From positions 1-29,064 of IMG/VR virus record IMGVR_UViG_3300020403_000060: a stretch of DNA of 29,064 bases, one strand, 5' to 3'. Positions within the stretch are counted from its first letter, which is position 1, and every line of letters begins with the position of its first letter. Below, piece after piece: positions 16,498 through 25,356 of the stretch. This DNA comes from a virus. Taxonomy: Duplodnaviria > Caudoviricetes. Below the pieces are notes generated by a model, which was not told where the DNA came from, searched no databases, and saw only the letters and a program-made list of their open reading frames with translations. The translations under genes and the position numbers were made by a program.

Positions 16498-17079
16498 ATG
16501 GCACTATCTTATAACTCAGTATCAGCTAGACTTCCAGAGCTTTCTTATGTAGCTCCTCAAAACTTTTATGCAGTAGCAGAAAATTTACCAGGTGTTATTT
16601 TTAATTTACAAGGTTTAACTATACCTAATTTAACAGGAGGTGAGGTACCTCTGGCTAATAGATTAAACCCTAGTAGAGCATTTTTACCTGGTAATGGAGT
16701 AGATTATGCTGCTTTAGATTTTACCTTTTTAATTGATAAAGATTTTAACAATTATAGATCTATGGTAGAATGGATAAAAGGAATAAACCATCCTGAAAAT
16801 CATGAACAGTATTCTGAATATACTAACATAGCTGATCAAGCAGGATCAACTGGATGGAATAAAGTAACAGCTAATATTACAGTTTTTGGTTGTGATGATG
16901 GAAACAATCCATTAGTACATTGGAATTTTGTAGATTGTTTTCCTATAAGTGTAGACGGTCCAACTTATGATGCATCATCAGCTAACATAGATTATATAAC
17001 ATCATCTGCTAGTTTTAGGTATTTGTATTTTGAAAATCAAACCTATACTAACGGAGCACTAAATAACGATATGATATGA
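16498..17079 (+). CDS. gp3: Tail completion / sheath stabilizer protein
   Basis: LPGV.F..Q...IP, PG....Y..L...FLID.D..NY.....WI, F.DCFP.S and ..F.Y.YF; post-gp23 position as in marine T4-like phages. Confidence 0.8.
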   Translation: MALSYNSVSARLPELSYVAPQNFYAVAENLPGVIFNLQGLTIPNLTGGEVPLANRLNPSRAFLPGNGVDYAALDFTFLIDKDFNNYRSMVEWIKGINHPENHEQYSEYTNIADQAGSTGWNKVTANITVFGCDDGNNPLVHWNFVDCFPISVDGPTYDASSANIDYITSSASFRYLYFENQTYTNGALNNDMI

Positions 17080-17086
17080 GAGTAGT

Positions 17087-17332
17087 ATGGGAAAGAAAAG
17101 AACAAGAGCGAAACAAATATCAAAAGGTTTAACACATCAAAGACCTTGCAAATGGAGCAAGTTAGCAAGAAGAGAATGGATGACATCTAGTAAGAGACAA
17201 AACGCACAGTTAAATGCTTTTCTTAGTTTTAAGAATGTAGTTCTTACTATTCCTAATCCAAATAAGCATGAGACAAACAAAAAATTTATTAAGGTTAACG
17301 CTAGGGAGGTTTGGGGTAACCCAAAGAGATAA
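17087..17332 (+). CDS. Small basic hypothetical phage protein
   Basis: 81 aa, K/R-rich, with NVVLTIPNPNK.ETNK.FIKV.A.EVWG. Confidence 0.7.
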   Translation: MGKKRTRAKQISKGLTHQRPCKWSKLARREWMTSSKRQNAQLNAFLSFKNVVLTIPNPNKHETNKKFIKVNAREVWGNPKR

Positions 17333-17334
17333 AA

Positions 17335-17670
17335 ATGAGTATATTGACTGGTAAAAATGTTTTCGAAGGAGTAAAAGTTTCACTTAACGAATGGGGTGAA
17401 GTTGAAGAGCAAGCTGTTTATGAAGAGGAAGATGGAAAGAAAAAGAATGTTACTCTTAATAAACCTTTTCTCACACCAGGAGGACCAAAAAAGCGTTCAG
17501 TGTATGTTAAGAATGAAAAGGGTAACACTATAAAAGTTAACTTTGGAGATCCTAATATGGAGATAAAAGCTGATAATCCAGCAAGAAGAAAATCTTTTAG
17601 AGCAAGACATAATTGTGATAATCCTGGTCCAAAAACTAAAGCTAGATATTGGAGTTGTAAACAATGGTAA
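17335..17670 (+). CDS. Hypothetical protein (possible internal virion protein)
   Basis: Acidic N-terminus, then the basic domain LNKPF.TPGGPKK..VYVKN.KGN..KVNFGDP.M.IK..NP.RRKSFRARHNC..PGPKTKARYWSC. Confidence 0.7.
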   Translation: MSILTGKNVFEGVKVSLNEWGEVEEQAVYEEEDGKKKNVTLNKPFLTPGGPKKRSVYVKNEKGNTIKVNFGDPNMEIKADNPARRKSFRARHNCDNPGPKTKARYWSCKQW

Positions 17671-17942
17671 TGAGAGGTAGTGTATCAACACAACCCATCC
17701 AAAAACAAAATTTTAGAAAGCCTGCTGCTCCTAAACCAGTCAAGCAAGATATGGCTAAAGAAAATTTTATGGATGGTAAAAATCCACAAGACAAAGGTGA
17801 TAGTAAACGTCATGGTGTTCCTACTAAATCATCTGTATCTAATCTTAGAAAAGTTGCAAAACAAGGCGGTCGTAAAGGTCAGCTAGCTCATTGGATGGCT
17901 AATATGAAAGCTGGAAAGGCTAAGAAGAAACGTAAAGGTTGA
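17670..17942 (+). CDS. Small basic hypothetical protein (possible internal virion protein)
   Basis: ATG coupled to the upstream stop; ENF.DGKNP..KG.....LRK.AK...AHW.ANMK.G. Confidence 0.65.
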   Translation: MRGSVSTQPIQKQNFRKPAAPKPVKQDMAKENFMDGKNPQDKGDSKRHGVPTKSSVSNLRKVAKQGGRKGQLAHWMANMKAGKAKKKRKG

Positions 17943-17948
17943 TAAATT

Positions 17949-18410
17949 ATGGCACCTAAAATTAATGAAGGAACAGAGGTCGCGTTACCACTTAGAAATA
18001 TAATTAGTATGATTGCTGCTACAGCTTTAGGTACGTGGGCTTATTTTGGTCTTGTAGAAAGAGTTAACAACTTAGAAACAGAACAAACTATGATGCATGC
18101 TGATTTGACACAAAACACTGAATTTAGAATTAAATGGCCTAGAGGTGAATTAGGTTCACTTCCAGCAGATAATGAACAGTTTATGTTAATTGAACATTTG
18201 TCAAATGAGTTAGAAAAATTAACAGAAGAAATTGAAAGTGGAGCTGCTCCGTTTGATCAACAGCAAAAATTACAAATTGATTTTATGCTAAAACGTATTG
18301 AACAGCTTGAGGCTACTCATGAAAAAATTCGTAATGATATAATGGATCTTATACACTCAAATAATAATATGAGACCACCAACAGCAAATCAAGATCATTC
18401 AGGACACTAA
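17949..18410 (+). CDS. Membrane-anchored coiled-coil hypothetical protein
   Basis: Hydrophobic segment IISMIAATALGTWAYFGLV, then coiled coil with EFRIKWPRGELG.LPAD.EQFMLIEH. Confidence 0.7.
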   Translation: MAPKINEGTEVALPLRNIISMIAATALGTWAYFGLVERVNNLETEQTMMHADLTQNTEFRIKWPRGELGSLPADNEQFMLIEHLSNELEKLTEEIESGAAPFDQQQKLQIDFMLKRIEQLEATHEKIRNDIMDLIHSNNNMRPPTANQDHSGH

Positions 18411-18411
18411 A

Positions 18412-18582
18412 ATGGAAGCAATGGCAATAGTATTAATGTTAATGAAAGCAGATCATTCTATGATGGAACTTGGTAAGTATAAGTCTATGGAAGAATGTCA
18501 TGTAGCTATGGAAATAGCAAAAACACAGTTTAAGAAAGGACATTTATCTTGCCTCAAAGAAGGCGAGAAAATGAAACATTAA
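18412..18582 (+). CDS. Small hypothetical protein with hydrophobic N-terminus and two Cys (56 aa)
   Basis: MEAMAIVLMLMKADHSMMELGKYKSMEECHVAMEIAKTQFKKGHLSCLKEGEKMKH; fills the gap exactly, with an AGGA SD. Not in the ORF track. Confidence 0.6.
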   Translation: MEAMAIVLMLMKADHSMMELGKYKSMEECHVAMEIAKTQFKKGHLSCLKEGEKMKH

Positions 18583-18821
18583 TGACAGTAGGAACTTTTT
18601 TTGTATTGTTAATGTATTTTGGCGAACCTGTTGCTCTAAAAGAGTATACAATAAGAGAAAATTTAAGTGAATGTCTTTCCGCTAAAAGAAAAATTAATCG
18701 TACATTAAGAGGTGGTAAGTCAGGTAAGTATAATGGTTCTGTTAGAGTAGAATGTAAAGAACTTGAAGTAGAACATGATGAAGATTTTCGAATTACAAAG
18801 ATTATTAGCGGGTTAAATTAA
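18582..18821 (+). CDS. Small hypothetical protein with hydrophobic N-terminus and two Cys
   Basis: Start at TAATG 18582: MTVGTFFVLLMYF...LSECLSAKRKI.R...VECKE. Confidence 0.65.
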   Translation: MTVGTFFVLLMYFGEPVALKEYTIRENLSECLSAKRKINRTLRGGKSGKYNGSVRVECKELEVEHDEDFRITKIISGLN

Positions 18822-19126
18822 TGGTTACATTAACAGATAGTGCCAGAGACTATATGAAAAAAGTAGTCTCTGATGGTAAAAGTAAATACGTATACCTATC
18901 AGTTAAAGGCGGAGGTTGTTCTGGTTTTCAATATGACTGGTCGCTATCTGAAATGAGAGGTTTTGGTCCTACAATAGATGATATATTGTGTATAGATGAT
19001 ATGGCTGAAATGTTTGTAGCTGGATGTACTATTGATTATGTTAATGAATTAGGTGGATCTTTTCTTAAAGTTATCAACCCCAACGCGACAGCATCATGTG
19101 GATGTGGTGAATCATTTGCAGTATAA
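18821..19126 (+). CDS. iscA: A-type Fe-S cluster carrier (IscA/SufA/HesB family), auxiliary metabolic gene
   Basis: MVTLTDSA, V.GGGCSGFQY, G.TIDY..ELGGS...V.NPNA.ASCGCGESF; all three Cys ligands present. Confidence 0.93.
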   Translation: MVTLTDSARDYMKKVVSDGKSKYVYLSVKGGGCSGFQYDWSLSEMRGFGPTIDDILCIDDMAEMFVAGCTIDYVNELGGSFLKVINPNATASCGCGESFAV

Positions 19127-19187
19127 ACATATGGTCCGGGGGGCTTAAGTACATCTCAGACAGCTGTACAGATTATAAGAAAAAGAA

Positions 19188-19337
19188 TTAGTTTTTTCTA
19201 TTTTCCTCTCTTTCTTTTAACTTTTTCTTTCCATTTTGCCACCAAGTAATTCTATCCTTAATACTTTTTTCTTCACAAAAACCACAAACATGGATAATCT
19301 GATTTAATTTATTATATGTACAAGTTGGACATTTCAT
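19188..19337 (-). CDS. Zinc-finger microprotein (49 aa)
   Basis: MKCPTCTYNKLNQIIHVCGFCEEKSIKDRITWWQNGKKKLKEREENRKN; CxxC-11-CxxC; ATGA overlap with the phoH stop. Not in the ORF track. Confidence 0.65.
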   Translation of the reverse strand: MKCPTCTYNKLNQIIHVCGFCEEKSIKDRITWWQNGKKKLKEREENRKN

Positions 19338-20020
19338 ATATTATTTCTAGCAAACATCTTTACTAATTGAGCAACTATATCTGATCTAACTATATGGTCA
19401 GTTGTAAAACGAACTATAGGAGCTTCTATACCATAATGATGGCACATCTCTACAAATTCATCTAAAGCTTCTCCGTCATGTACATCTGATTGAGCTGGAT
19501 CTCCTAATAGAACTAGCTTAGCATTTTCACCTATTCGAGTTGTAATAGCTTTTATCTCTGACATGTTTAAGTTTTGAGATTCATCTACTACTATGATACA
19601 ATTTTCAAAAGAGTTACCTCTTATAGTTTCAATAGGTTGTATTTGTATTTGTTCTTTAGAAACCATGTAGTCAAAACGACCTTTTCCTAAACCATCTTGA
19701 AGCACATTCATAATGGGTTTGAGCCATGGCGTCATTTTTTCTTCTACAGAACCAGGAAAATAACCTAATGATCTTCCTGTTGATACATTAGGTCTTGTTA
19801 GCACTATTTTATCATAACCACCTTTCAAAATTAATTGAGCTGCTTTCATTCCTGTACAAAACGTTTTACCAGTACCAGCAGGACCAATACATATTGTCAT
19901 TACGGATTGATCTATGCAGTCTAAGAGATATTGTTGTGTTGGATTTTTAGGTTGAATATGGAAGGCGATAGATGATTGTATTTCTTTCACGAAAGAATCT
20001 TTCTTTTTTGCTCGTGCCAT
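19334..20020 (-). CDS. phoH: PhoH-family ATPase
   Basis: Walker A GPAGTGKT, LGYFPG..EEKM.PW, RG.SF, DESQN, LGD..QSD and IVRS..V; AGGAG SD. Confidence 0.95.
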   Translation of the reverse strand: MARAKKKDSFVKEIQSSIAFHIQPKNPTQQYLLDCIDQSVMTICIGPAGTGKTFCTGMKAAQLILKGGYDKIVLTRPNVSTGRSLGYFPGSVEEKMTPWLKPIMNVLQDGLGKGRFDYMVSKEQIQIQPIETIRGNSFENCIIVVDESQNLNMSEIKAITTRIGENAKLVLLGDPAQSDVHDGEALDEFVEMCHHYGIEAPIVRFTTDHIVRSDIVAQLVKMFARNNI

Positions 20021-20047
20021 TTAAATATGCTCCTGGGGGTTAAAATT

Positions 20048-20080
20048 AAAAAACTCCCATTGCCGTCAAGGCTGGGAGTT
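20048..20080 (-). terminator. Hairpin plus U-tract in the phoH 5' leader (terminator/attenuator-like)
   Basis: Minus strand reads AACTCCCA-GCC-TTGAC-GGC-AA-TGGGAG-TTTTTT. Confidence 0.5.
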
Positions 20081-20114
20081 AAATTGAGATAAGTAAAGAA
20101 CTTTACCATTAAAC

Positions 20115-20122
20115 TATTTATA
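20115..20122 (-). promoter_or_regulatory. T4-type late promoter on the minus strand, facing phoH
   Basis: TATTTATA on + is TATAAATA on -; overlaps a + strand TATAAT at 20119-20124. Confidence 0.55.
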
Positions 20123-20130
20123 ATAGAAGC

Positions 20131-20565
20131 ATGTTGACGCATGATGAATTGCTAAAATTATGGGAAGAAGATGCAGCTATAGATAAAACCGCTCTAGATT
20201 CTGCTTCCGTAGATGTACCTAAACTACATCACAAATATCTATCTATGCTTATGGATCTTAAAGCTAAAAAAATAGCAGTATATCATAAGCTAGATGCTCT
20301 TAAGAAAGATAAAGAACTATATTACTCTGGTCAAGCAACTGCAGATGAATATAAAGAGAAGCCTTTTGATCTTAAACTTAAAACTAAATCGGGTATCGAT
20401 AAACATGTCAATACAGATCCAGAAGTTGTTGCACTTGAACAGAGAATAGAGTATATAAATATTCTACTTGAAGGACTCAATCATATACTTGAGCAAATAA
20501 AGTGGAGAAACCAATCTATAAAAAACGCTATTGATTGGGCGCGATTTACTTCTGGCAGTCTATGA
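20131..20565 (+). CDS. uvsY: Recombination mediator UvsY
   Basis: W.ED..ID...LD..S...PKLH.KYL, YYSG.A..Y.EKPFDLK and I..R...IKNAIDW.RF.SG; precedes uvsW. Confidence 0.9.
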   Translation: MLTHDELLKLWEEDAAIDKTALDSASVDVPKLHHKYLSMLMDLKAKKIAVYHKLDALKKDKELYYSGQATADEYKEKPFDLKLKTKSGIDKHVNTDPEVVALEQRIEYINILLEGLNHILEQIKWRNQSIKNAIDWARFTSGSL

Positions 20566-22016
20566 TAACATTTAAAAAGAAGAACGATGTGTATCTCGAG
20601 TTTGATGGTGACAAAAGTGACCTGAGAATGTTGAGCGATTATTTTACTTTCAAAGTACCAGGTGCTGAGTTTACACCACAGTATAGAAATAAGTATTGGG
20701 ATGGTAAGATAAGATTAGCTAACTTACGAGACAGTACTATATACGCAGGCTTAATGGGCGATATAACTAAGTTTGCAAAAGATATGGATGTAGATTGTTA
20801 CTTTGAAGGTAATAAATCTGATATATTAGAACCAAGTAATACAGATTTTCTTGATCAATTTCTTGATATACTCAAACCTTACTCTAAAGGTAAACGTATT
20901 GAAATGAGAGATTATCAAAGAGAAGCGTTCAAGACGTCTGTACTTAAACAAAGATGTTTATTATTATCACCTACTGCATCAGGTAAATCGCTTATTATCT
21001 ATGCTCTTATAAGATGGTGGTTAGAAACTCATGATAGAAAAATACTTATAATTGTACCAACAATATCTTTAGTAGGACAGATGTTTAGTGATTTTCTTGA
21101 TTACTCTAATGAAAAATTTACTGACATGCATGGTATAACTGGTGGTGTACAAAAACAAACTAATCAAAGAGTAGTTATATCTACATGGCAATCAATCTAT
21201 AAACAACCTGCTAGTTGGTTTGCTCAATTCGGTTCAGTAGTTGTAGATGAAGTACATCATGCTCAAGCAAAGTCTATACAATCTATTATGAATAAGATGA
21301 TAATTTGTCCGGATAGAATAGGACTTACAGGTACTTTACAGGAAGCTAAAACTCATGAGTTAGTATTGAAAGGTCTCTTTGGTTCTATACATAAGTTAAT
21401 ATCTACTAAAGAACTTATGAGTAGAGATGAAGTATCTCAAATGAATATTAGACTAGTCCAGTTACGTTATGGTGAAGATGATCGTAAAAAAGTTAAAGAT
21501 ATGAACTATAATGAAGAGGTAGAGTTTATAATTACTCACGAAGAAAGAAATAAACTTATTGCGAAAATGGCTAGCACTCTACCTGGTAATACGCTAGTAG
21601 TATTTTCGCGACTAGACCATGGAAAAGATTTATATGAAAGACTTGACACTAACAAACAAACACATTATGTTGCTGGTGAAACAGATAAAGATACGAGAGA
21701 AGCTGTTAGACAGATGGCAGAGAATAACGATGTTGTTATCGTGGCATCACTGGGCGTATTTTCTACTGGCATCAATATACGCAATCTTCATAATCTTCTT
21801 TTTGCTCATCCTACCAAATCTAAGATAAAAGTATTACAATCCATAGGACGTATCTTACGTAAATCAGATAATGGACAAAAAGCAACTGTGTTTGATATTA
21901 TAGATGACTTGAAATATAAATCAAGAGATAATTTTGCTTTAAGACATTCTAATGAACGTTTTAAGTATTATACTACAGAGGAATTTGATTACAAGATCAA
22001 CTCAATAGATATATGA
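20562..22016 (+). CDS. uvsW: UvsW SF2 DNA/RNA helicase
   Basis: YFTF.VPGA.F.P.YR.K.WDGKIRL, SPTASGKS, STWQS, DEVH, GLTGT, FSTGINI.NLHN and LQSIGR.LRK; ATGA coupling at 20562. Confidence 0.96.
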   Translation: MITFKKKNDVYLEFDGDKSDLRMLSDYFTFKVPGAEFTPQYRNKYWDGKIRLANLRDSTIYAGLMGDITKFAKDMDVDCYFEGNKSDILEPSNTDFLDQFLDILKPYSKGKRIEMRDYQREAFKTSVLKQRCLLLSPTASGKSLIIYALIRWWLETHDRKILIIVPTISLVGQMFSDFLDYSNEKFTDMHGITGGVQKQTNQRVVISTWQSIYKQPASWFAQFGSVVVDEVHHAQAKSIQSIMNKMIICPDRIGLTGTLQEAKTHELVLKGLFGSIHKLISTKELMSRDEVSQMNIRLVQLRYGEDDRKKVKDMNYNEEVEFIITHEERNKLIAKMASTLPGNTLVVFSRLDHGKDLYERLDTNKQTHYVAGETDKDTREAVRQMAENNDVVIVASLGVFSTGINIRNLHNLLFAHPTKSKIKVLQSIGRILRKSDNGQKATVFDIIDDLKYKSRDNFALRHSNERFKYYTTEEFDYKINSIDI

Positions 22017-22615
22017 CAGTAAAAAGAACAAGACAAAAACCTGGTGACGAGCATTATGTAAATAATATAGAGTTTACTTTAGCTTTAGATGAGTATAGTC
22101 AAGCATGTAAAAAAGCTCTATCTAAAGGTCAAGAAAGACCTATAATGTCACGCTACTTAGGAGAGTGTGTATATAAAATGGCTAATAGATTATCTCTTAC
22201 TCCTCGCTTCAAAGGTTATATGTATAGAGATGAGATGGTACAAAATGCTATTCTTGGTGCTATGAAATATATGTATCGTTTTGACGGTACTCGTTTTGAT
22301 AATGGCTTTGCATATGTAACTCAGATACTTTTTAGTCATATGATTCAAACTATTAAAAATGAAAAAAAGAAGTATGAACTAAACTTAAGATTGATACAAG
22401 AAGCAGAAGTATCTGTTATGGGTGATCAAGAGTTTGAAGGTGTAGCAGACACACATGCAAGATCTATTGCAGATCAAAAACTTGAAGAATTACAGAATCA
22501 GAAAGTAGAAAAAGGTAAAGGTGGGTTCTCTTTACGTACAGGTTATACTAAAGAGTCAAGAGCAGCATATAAAGGTGGTACACCGTTACGACCACAGAAG
22601 GAAAAGAAGAAGTGA
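22013..22615 (+). CDS. gp55: Late-transcription sigma factor
   Basis: HYVNN.EF, YLGEC..K.A.RLS..P.F.GY.YRDEM and FAY.TQI......I..EKK. Confidence 0.93.
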   Translation: MTVKRTRQKPGDEHYVNNIEFTLALDEYSQACKKALSKGQERPIMSRYLGECVYKMANRLSLTPRFKGYMYRDEMVQNAILGAMKYMYRFDGTRFDNGFAYVTQILFSHMIQTIKNEKKKYELNLRLIQEAEVSVMGDQEFEGVADTHARSIADQKLEELQNQKVEKGKGGFSLRTGYTKESRAAYKGGTPLRPQKEKKK

Positions 22616-23646
22616 AGATAGCGTTTATAGGTGACTTACATTTTGGTTGCCGTAATTCTAATCAAGTTATTCAAAGACATCAAGAAATATTTTTAGAGAA
22701 AGTTTTTTGGCCTTATATAAAAGAACAAGGTATAAAAACTATTATTCAAACTGGTGATTATTTCGATAATAGAAAATGGATTAATCTACAAACAATGTCG
22801 TTTCAAAAACGAGTTTTTGTTGATAAAGCTAAAGAGTTAGATGTAGTAGTTCATGGTATTATTGGTAATCATGATATACCTTTACGGCATTCTTTGTCTA
22901 TGAACTCACCTCAGCAGATACTTACTGATGATCATATGAACTTTTATAGTGAACCTAAAGTAATTAACTTTGACGGAATAGATATTACTTTTATTCCTTG
23001 GGTGTGTAAAGAGAATGCAGAAGAAATAACATCCGTAATTAAAGCTGGTGGTGATTTGTTAGTAGGTCATTTAGAGACGCAAGGTGCAGTACTACTACCA
23101 GGTAGATTATCTGATGAAGGTTATGCACCTAAAGACTTTAAGAAATGGAAAGAAGTTATATCAGGTCACTATCATACTCAGAATAAGATTGCTAACGTTC
23201 ACTATATTGGATTACCTTATCAGCTTATGTGGAATGATACTGCATCTAAACAAGGTTTTTGGATACTAGATACTACTGACCGGTCCTGGGAGTTTATAGA
23301 AAACGAATATAGTTATTTTCATAGATTAACTTGGAATGACGGTTGTGATTATAACTTAGAGTTGCTTGCAGATAGTTATGTTAAGGTAAACATAAAAAAG
23401 AAAACTAGCTTTGAAGAGTTTGAACGTTTTATAGATAAAGTAAACTTTCAAGTACCATTTGAGGTAAAAATTGTTGAGTCGTTCGAAGAATATAATCAAG
23501 AGAATGTAAAAGATATTATTCAATTGTCTTCTACTACAGAGCTAATAGGTGAATATATTGATGATGTAGCTACGGATAATAATAAAGAATCTATTAAGAA
23601 CCTTATGATAGATATATATGAAGAAGCTATGAGCATCGAAGAATGA
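22612..23646 (+). CDS. gp47: Recombination endonuclease subunit (Mre11/SbcD-like)
   Basis: Metallophosphoesterase motifs GDLHFG, GDYFD, GNHD, GHLE and SGHYH; GTG start. Confidence 0.95.
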   Translation: MKIAFIGDLHFGCRNSNQVIQRHQEIFLEKVFWPYIKEQGIKTIIQTGDYFDNRKWINLQTMSFQKRVFVDKAKELDVVVHGIIGNHDIPLRHSLSMNSPQQILTDDHMNFYSEPKVINFDGIDITFIPWVCKENAEEITSVIKAGGDLLVGHLETQGAVLLPGRLSDEGYAPKDFKKWKEVISGHYHTQNKIANVHYIGLPYQLMWNDTASKQGFWILDTTDRSWEFIENEYSYFHRLTWNDGCDYNLELLADSYVKVNIKKKTSFEEFERFIDKVNFQVPFEVKIVESFEEYNQENVKDIIQLSSTTELIGEYIDDVATDNNKESIKNLMIDIYEEAMSIEE

Positions 23647-25346
23647 TAATATTTAAAACAGTATCATATAAAAACTTTTTGTCTACTGGCAATACACCTA
23701 ATGTTATTCTACTAAACAGAGTACCTTCTGTACTAATAACAGGTCAAAACGGTTCTGGTAAATCTACTATACTTGACGCTTTATGTTTTGGTATATTCGG
23801 TAAACCATATCGAAATATTAACAAACCTCAACTTATGAATACGGTTAACGAAAAAGGTTTGGAAGTACAAGTTGAGTTTACAGTCAATGGTGTAGACTAT
23901 AAAGTAGTAAGAGGTTTAAAACCTAATAAGTTTGAAGTTTATCGTAATGAAAAACTAATGCCGCACGACGCAGCAGTAAAAGACTATCAGAAAAAATTAG
24001 AAGATATAATAGGACTAAACTATAGAGCTTTTACTCAGATAGTAATATTAGGTTCTGCTAGGTATCAATCGTTTATGGACTTACCAACTAACGATAGAAG
24101 AGTTATTATCGAAGAGATTCTAGATATTACTGTATTCTCAAAGATGAATAATATTCTTAAAACTAGAGCTCAAAACACTGAGTTAGATATAAAAGAAAAC
24201 GATTATCAAAAAGAAATTACAAAGACAAAGATATCAGGTCAAAAAGGTTTAATTAACAACTTAGTTAATCGTTCTAAAGAGTCAGAAGAAAAAATTATAC
24301 AAGAAAAAAATAAGATTGACGGTCAAATAACTCTTATTGAAGATAAAATTACAAAAGCAGATAGTGATATAAATCTTATTGAACTTATAGATGTAGTAGA
24401 GTTACAAGAAAAACTTAACAGCGCTAAGTTCAAAGGTCAAGAGATAAAAAAGAAAAGAGCAGAAGTAGATGGTAGAATAAAATTTTATGAAGATCATGAT
24501 CATTGTTATGTTTGTGAGCAAGATATAGATACAACAGTAAAAAAGAAGCAAGTAACTATATTATCTCAAGAAGCGATGAAACTAGAAAGTCTTAAACCTG
24601 TTGTCATATCAACTTATGAAACTCTAGAAGAGAAGATAAGAGAAGCTCATGAAGTACAACAGCAGTATGATTCCATAATAGAAGTAAGAAGAGATTTAGT
24701 TAACCAGAAAAAAGCTTTGTTTACTTTATATGGTAATCTAGAAGTAAGAACAGAAGAGTCAGATAATAAATCTCTAAAACAAGCACAAAAAGAATTAGAA
24801 GAGTATGATAAAGAGTTTAAAGAGTTAGAAAAAGAATCTCATACTTTAGTAGAGTTAAAACATTATTACGAAATTTGTAAGATTCTACTTAGAGATGATG
24901 GTATCAAAGCTAAAATTATTAAGCAATACTTACCGGTTATGAATCAACTTATTAACCAGTACTTAGATCGTATGGGTGCTAACTATTCTTTTCATTTAGA
25001 TGAGTCATTTAACGAAGTTATTAAATCTAGATATAGAGATACATTTTCATATGCTTCATTCTCTGAAGGAGAAAAAATGCGTATCGATCTAGCTCTTATG
25101 TTTACTTGGCGTGAGATTGCTAAGTTAAAAAATAGTGTTAATACTAATCTACTTATTATGGATGAAGTTGGTGATAGCTCTCTTGATGCAGAAGCTACTG
25201 ATGTGTTGTGGGATATCTTAGGTGGTCTAGATAATACTAATGTGTTTGTTATTTCTCACAAAGGTCAAAACGGAGATAGATTCAAATCTCTTATTGAGTT
25301 TACTAAAGACGGTAACTTTTCTAAAATAATCGACTCTAAAAAATAA
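23643..25346 (+). CDS. gp46: Recombination ATPase subunit (Rad50/SbcC-like)
   Basis: KNFLSTGN, Walker A GQNGSGKST, central CYVC zinc hook in coiled coil, SFSEGEKMRIDLAL, LLIMDE and VISH. Confidence 0.96.
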   Translation: MIIFKTVSYKNFLSTGNTPNVILLNRVPSVLITGQNGSGKSTILDALCFGIFGKPYRNINKPQLMNTVNEKGLEVQVEFTVNGVDYKVVRGLKPNKFEVYRNEKLMPHDAAVKDYQKKLEDIIGLNYRAFTQIVILGSARYQSFMDLPTNDRRVIIEEILDITVFSKMNNILKTRAQNTELDIKENDYQKEITKTKISGQKGLINNLVNRSKESEEKIIQEKNKIDGQITLIEDKITKADSDINLIELIDVVELQEKLNSAKFKGQEIKKKRAEVDGRIKFYEDHDHCYVCEQDIDTTVKKKQVTILSQEAMKLESLKPVVISTYETLEEKIREAHEVQQQYDSIIEVRRDLVNQKKALFTLYGNLEVRTEESDNKSLKQAQKELEEYDKEFKELEKESHTLVELKHYYEICKILLRDDGIKAKIIKQYLPVMNQLINQYLDRMGANYSFHLDESFNEVIKSRYRDTFSYASFSEGEKMRIDLALMFTWREIAKLKNSVNTNLLIMDEVGDSSLDAEATDVLWDILGGLDNTNVFVISHKGQNGDRFKSLIEFTKDGNFSKIIDSKK

Positions 25347-25352
25347 TAAATA
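25345..25352 (+). promoter_or_regulatory. Late promoter variant AATAAATA, 4 nt before ATG
   Basis: TAAATAGAATATG, identical to the element before ORF 962. Confidence 0.55.
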
Positions 25353-25356
25353 GAAT

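Noticed and set aside
19127-19187. GC-rich patch and short GTACA/TGTAC inverted repeat between iscA and the Zn-finger ORF, as a terminator or RNA gene
   Set aside because: The stem is too short, there is no clear U-tract, and no tRNA cloverleaf can be formed.
24355-24370. Single DSD in gp46 (KADSDI)
   Set aside because: One occurrence in several thousand non-structural residues fits chance; recorded as the exception to the pattern.
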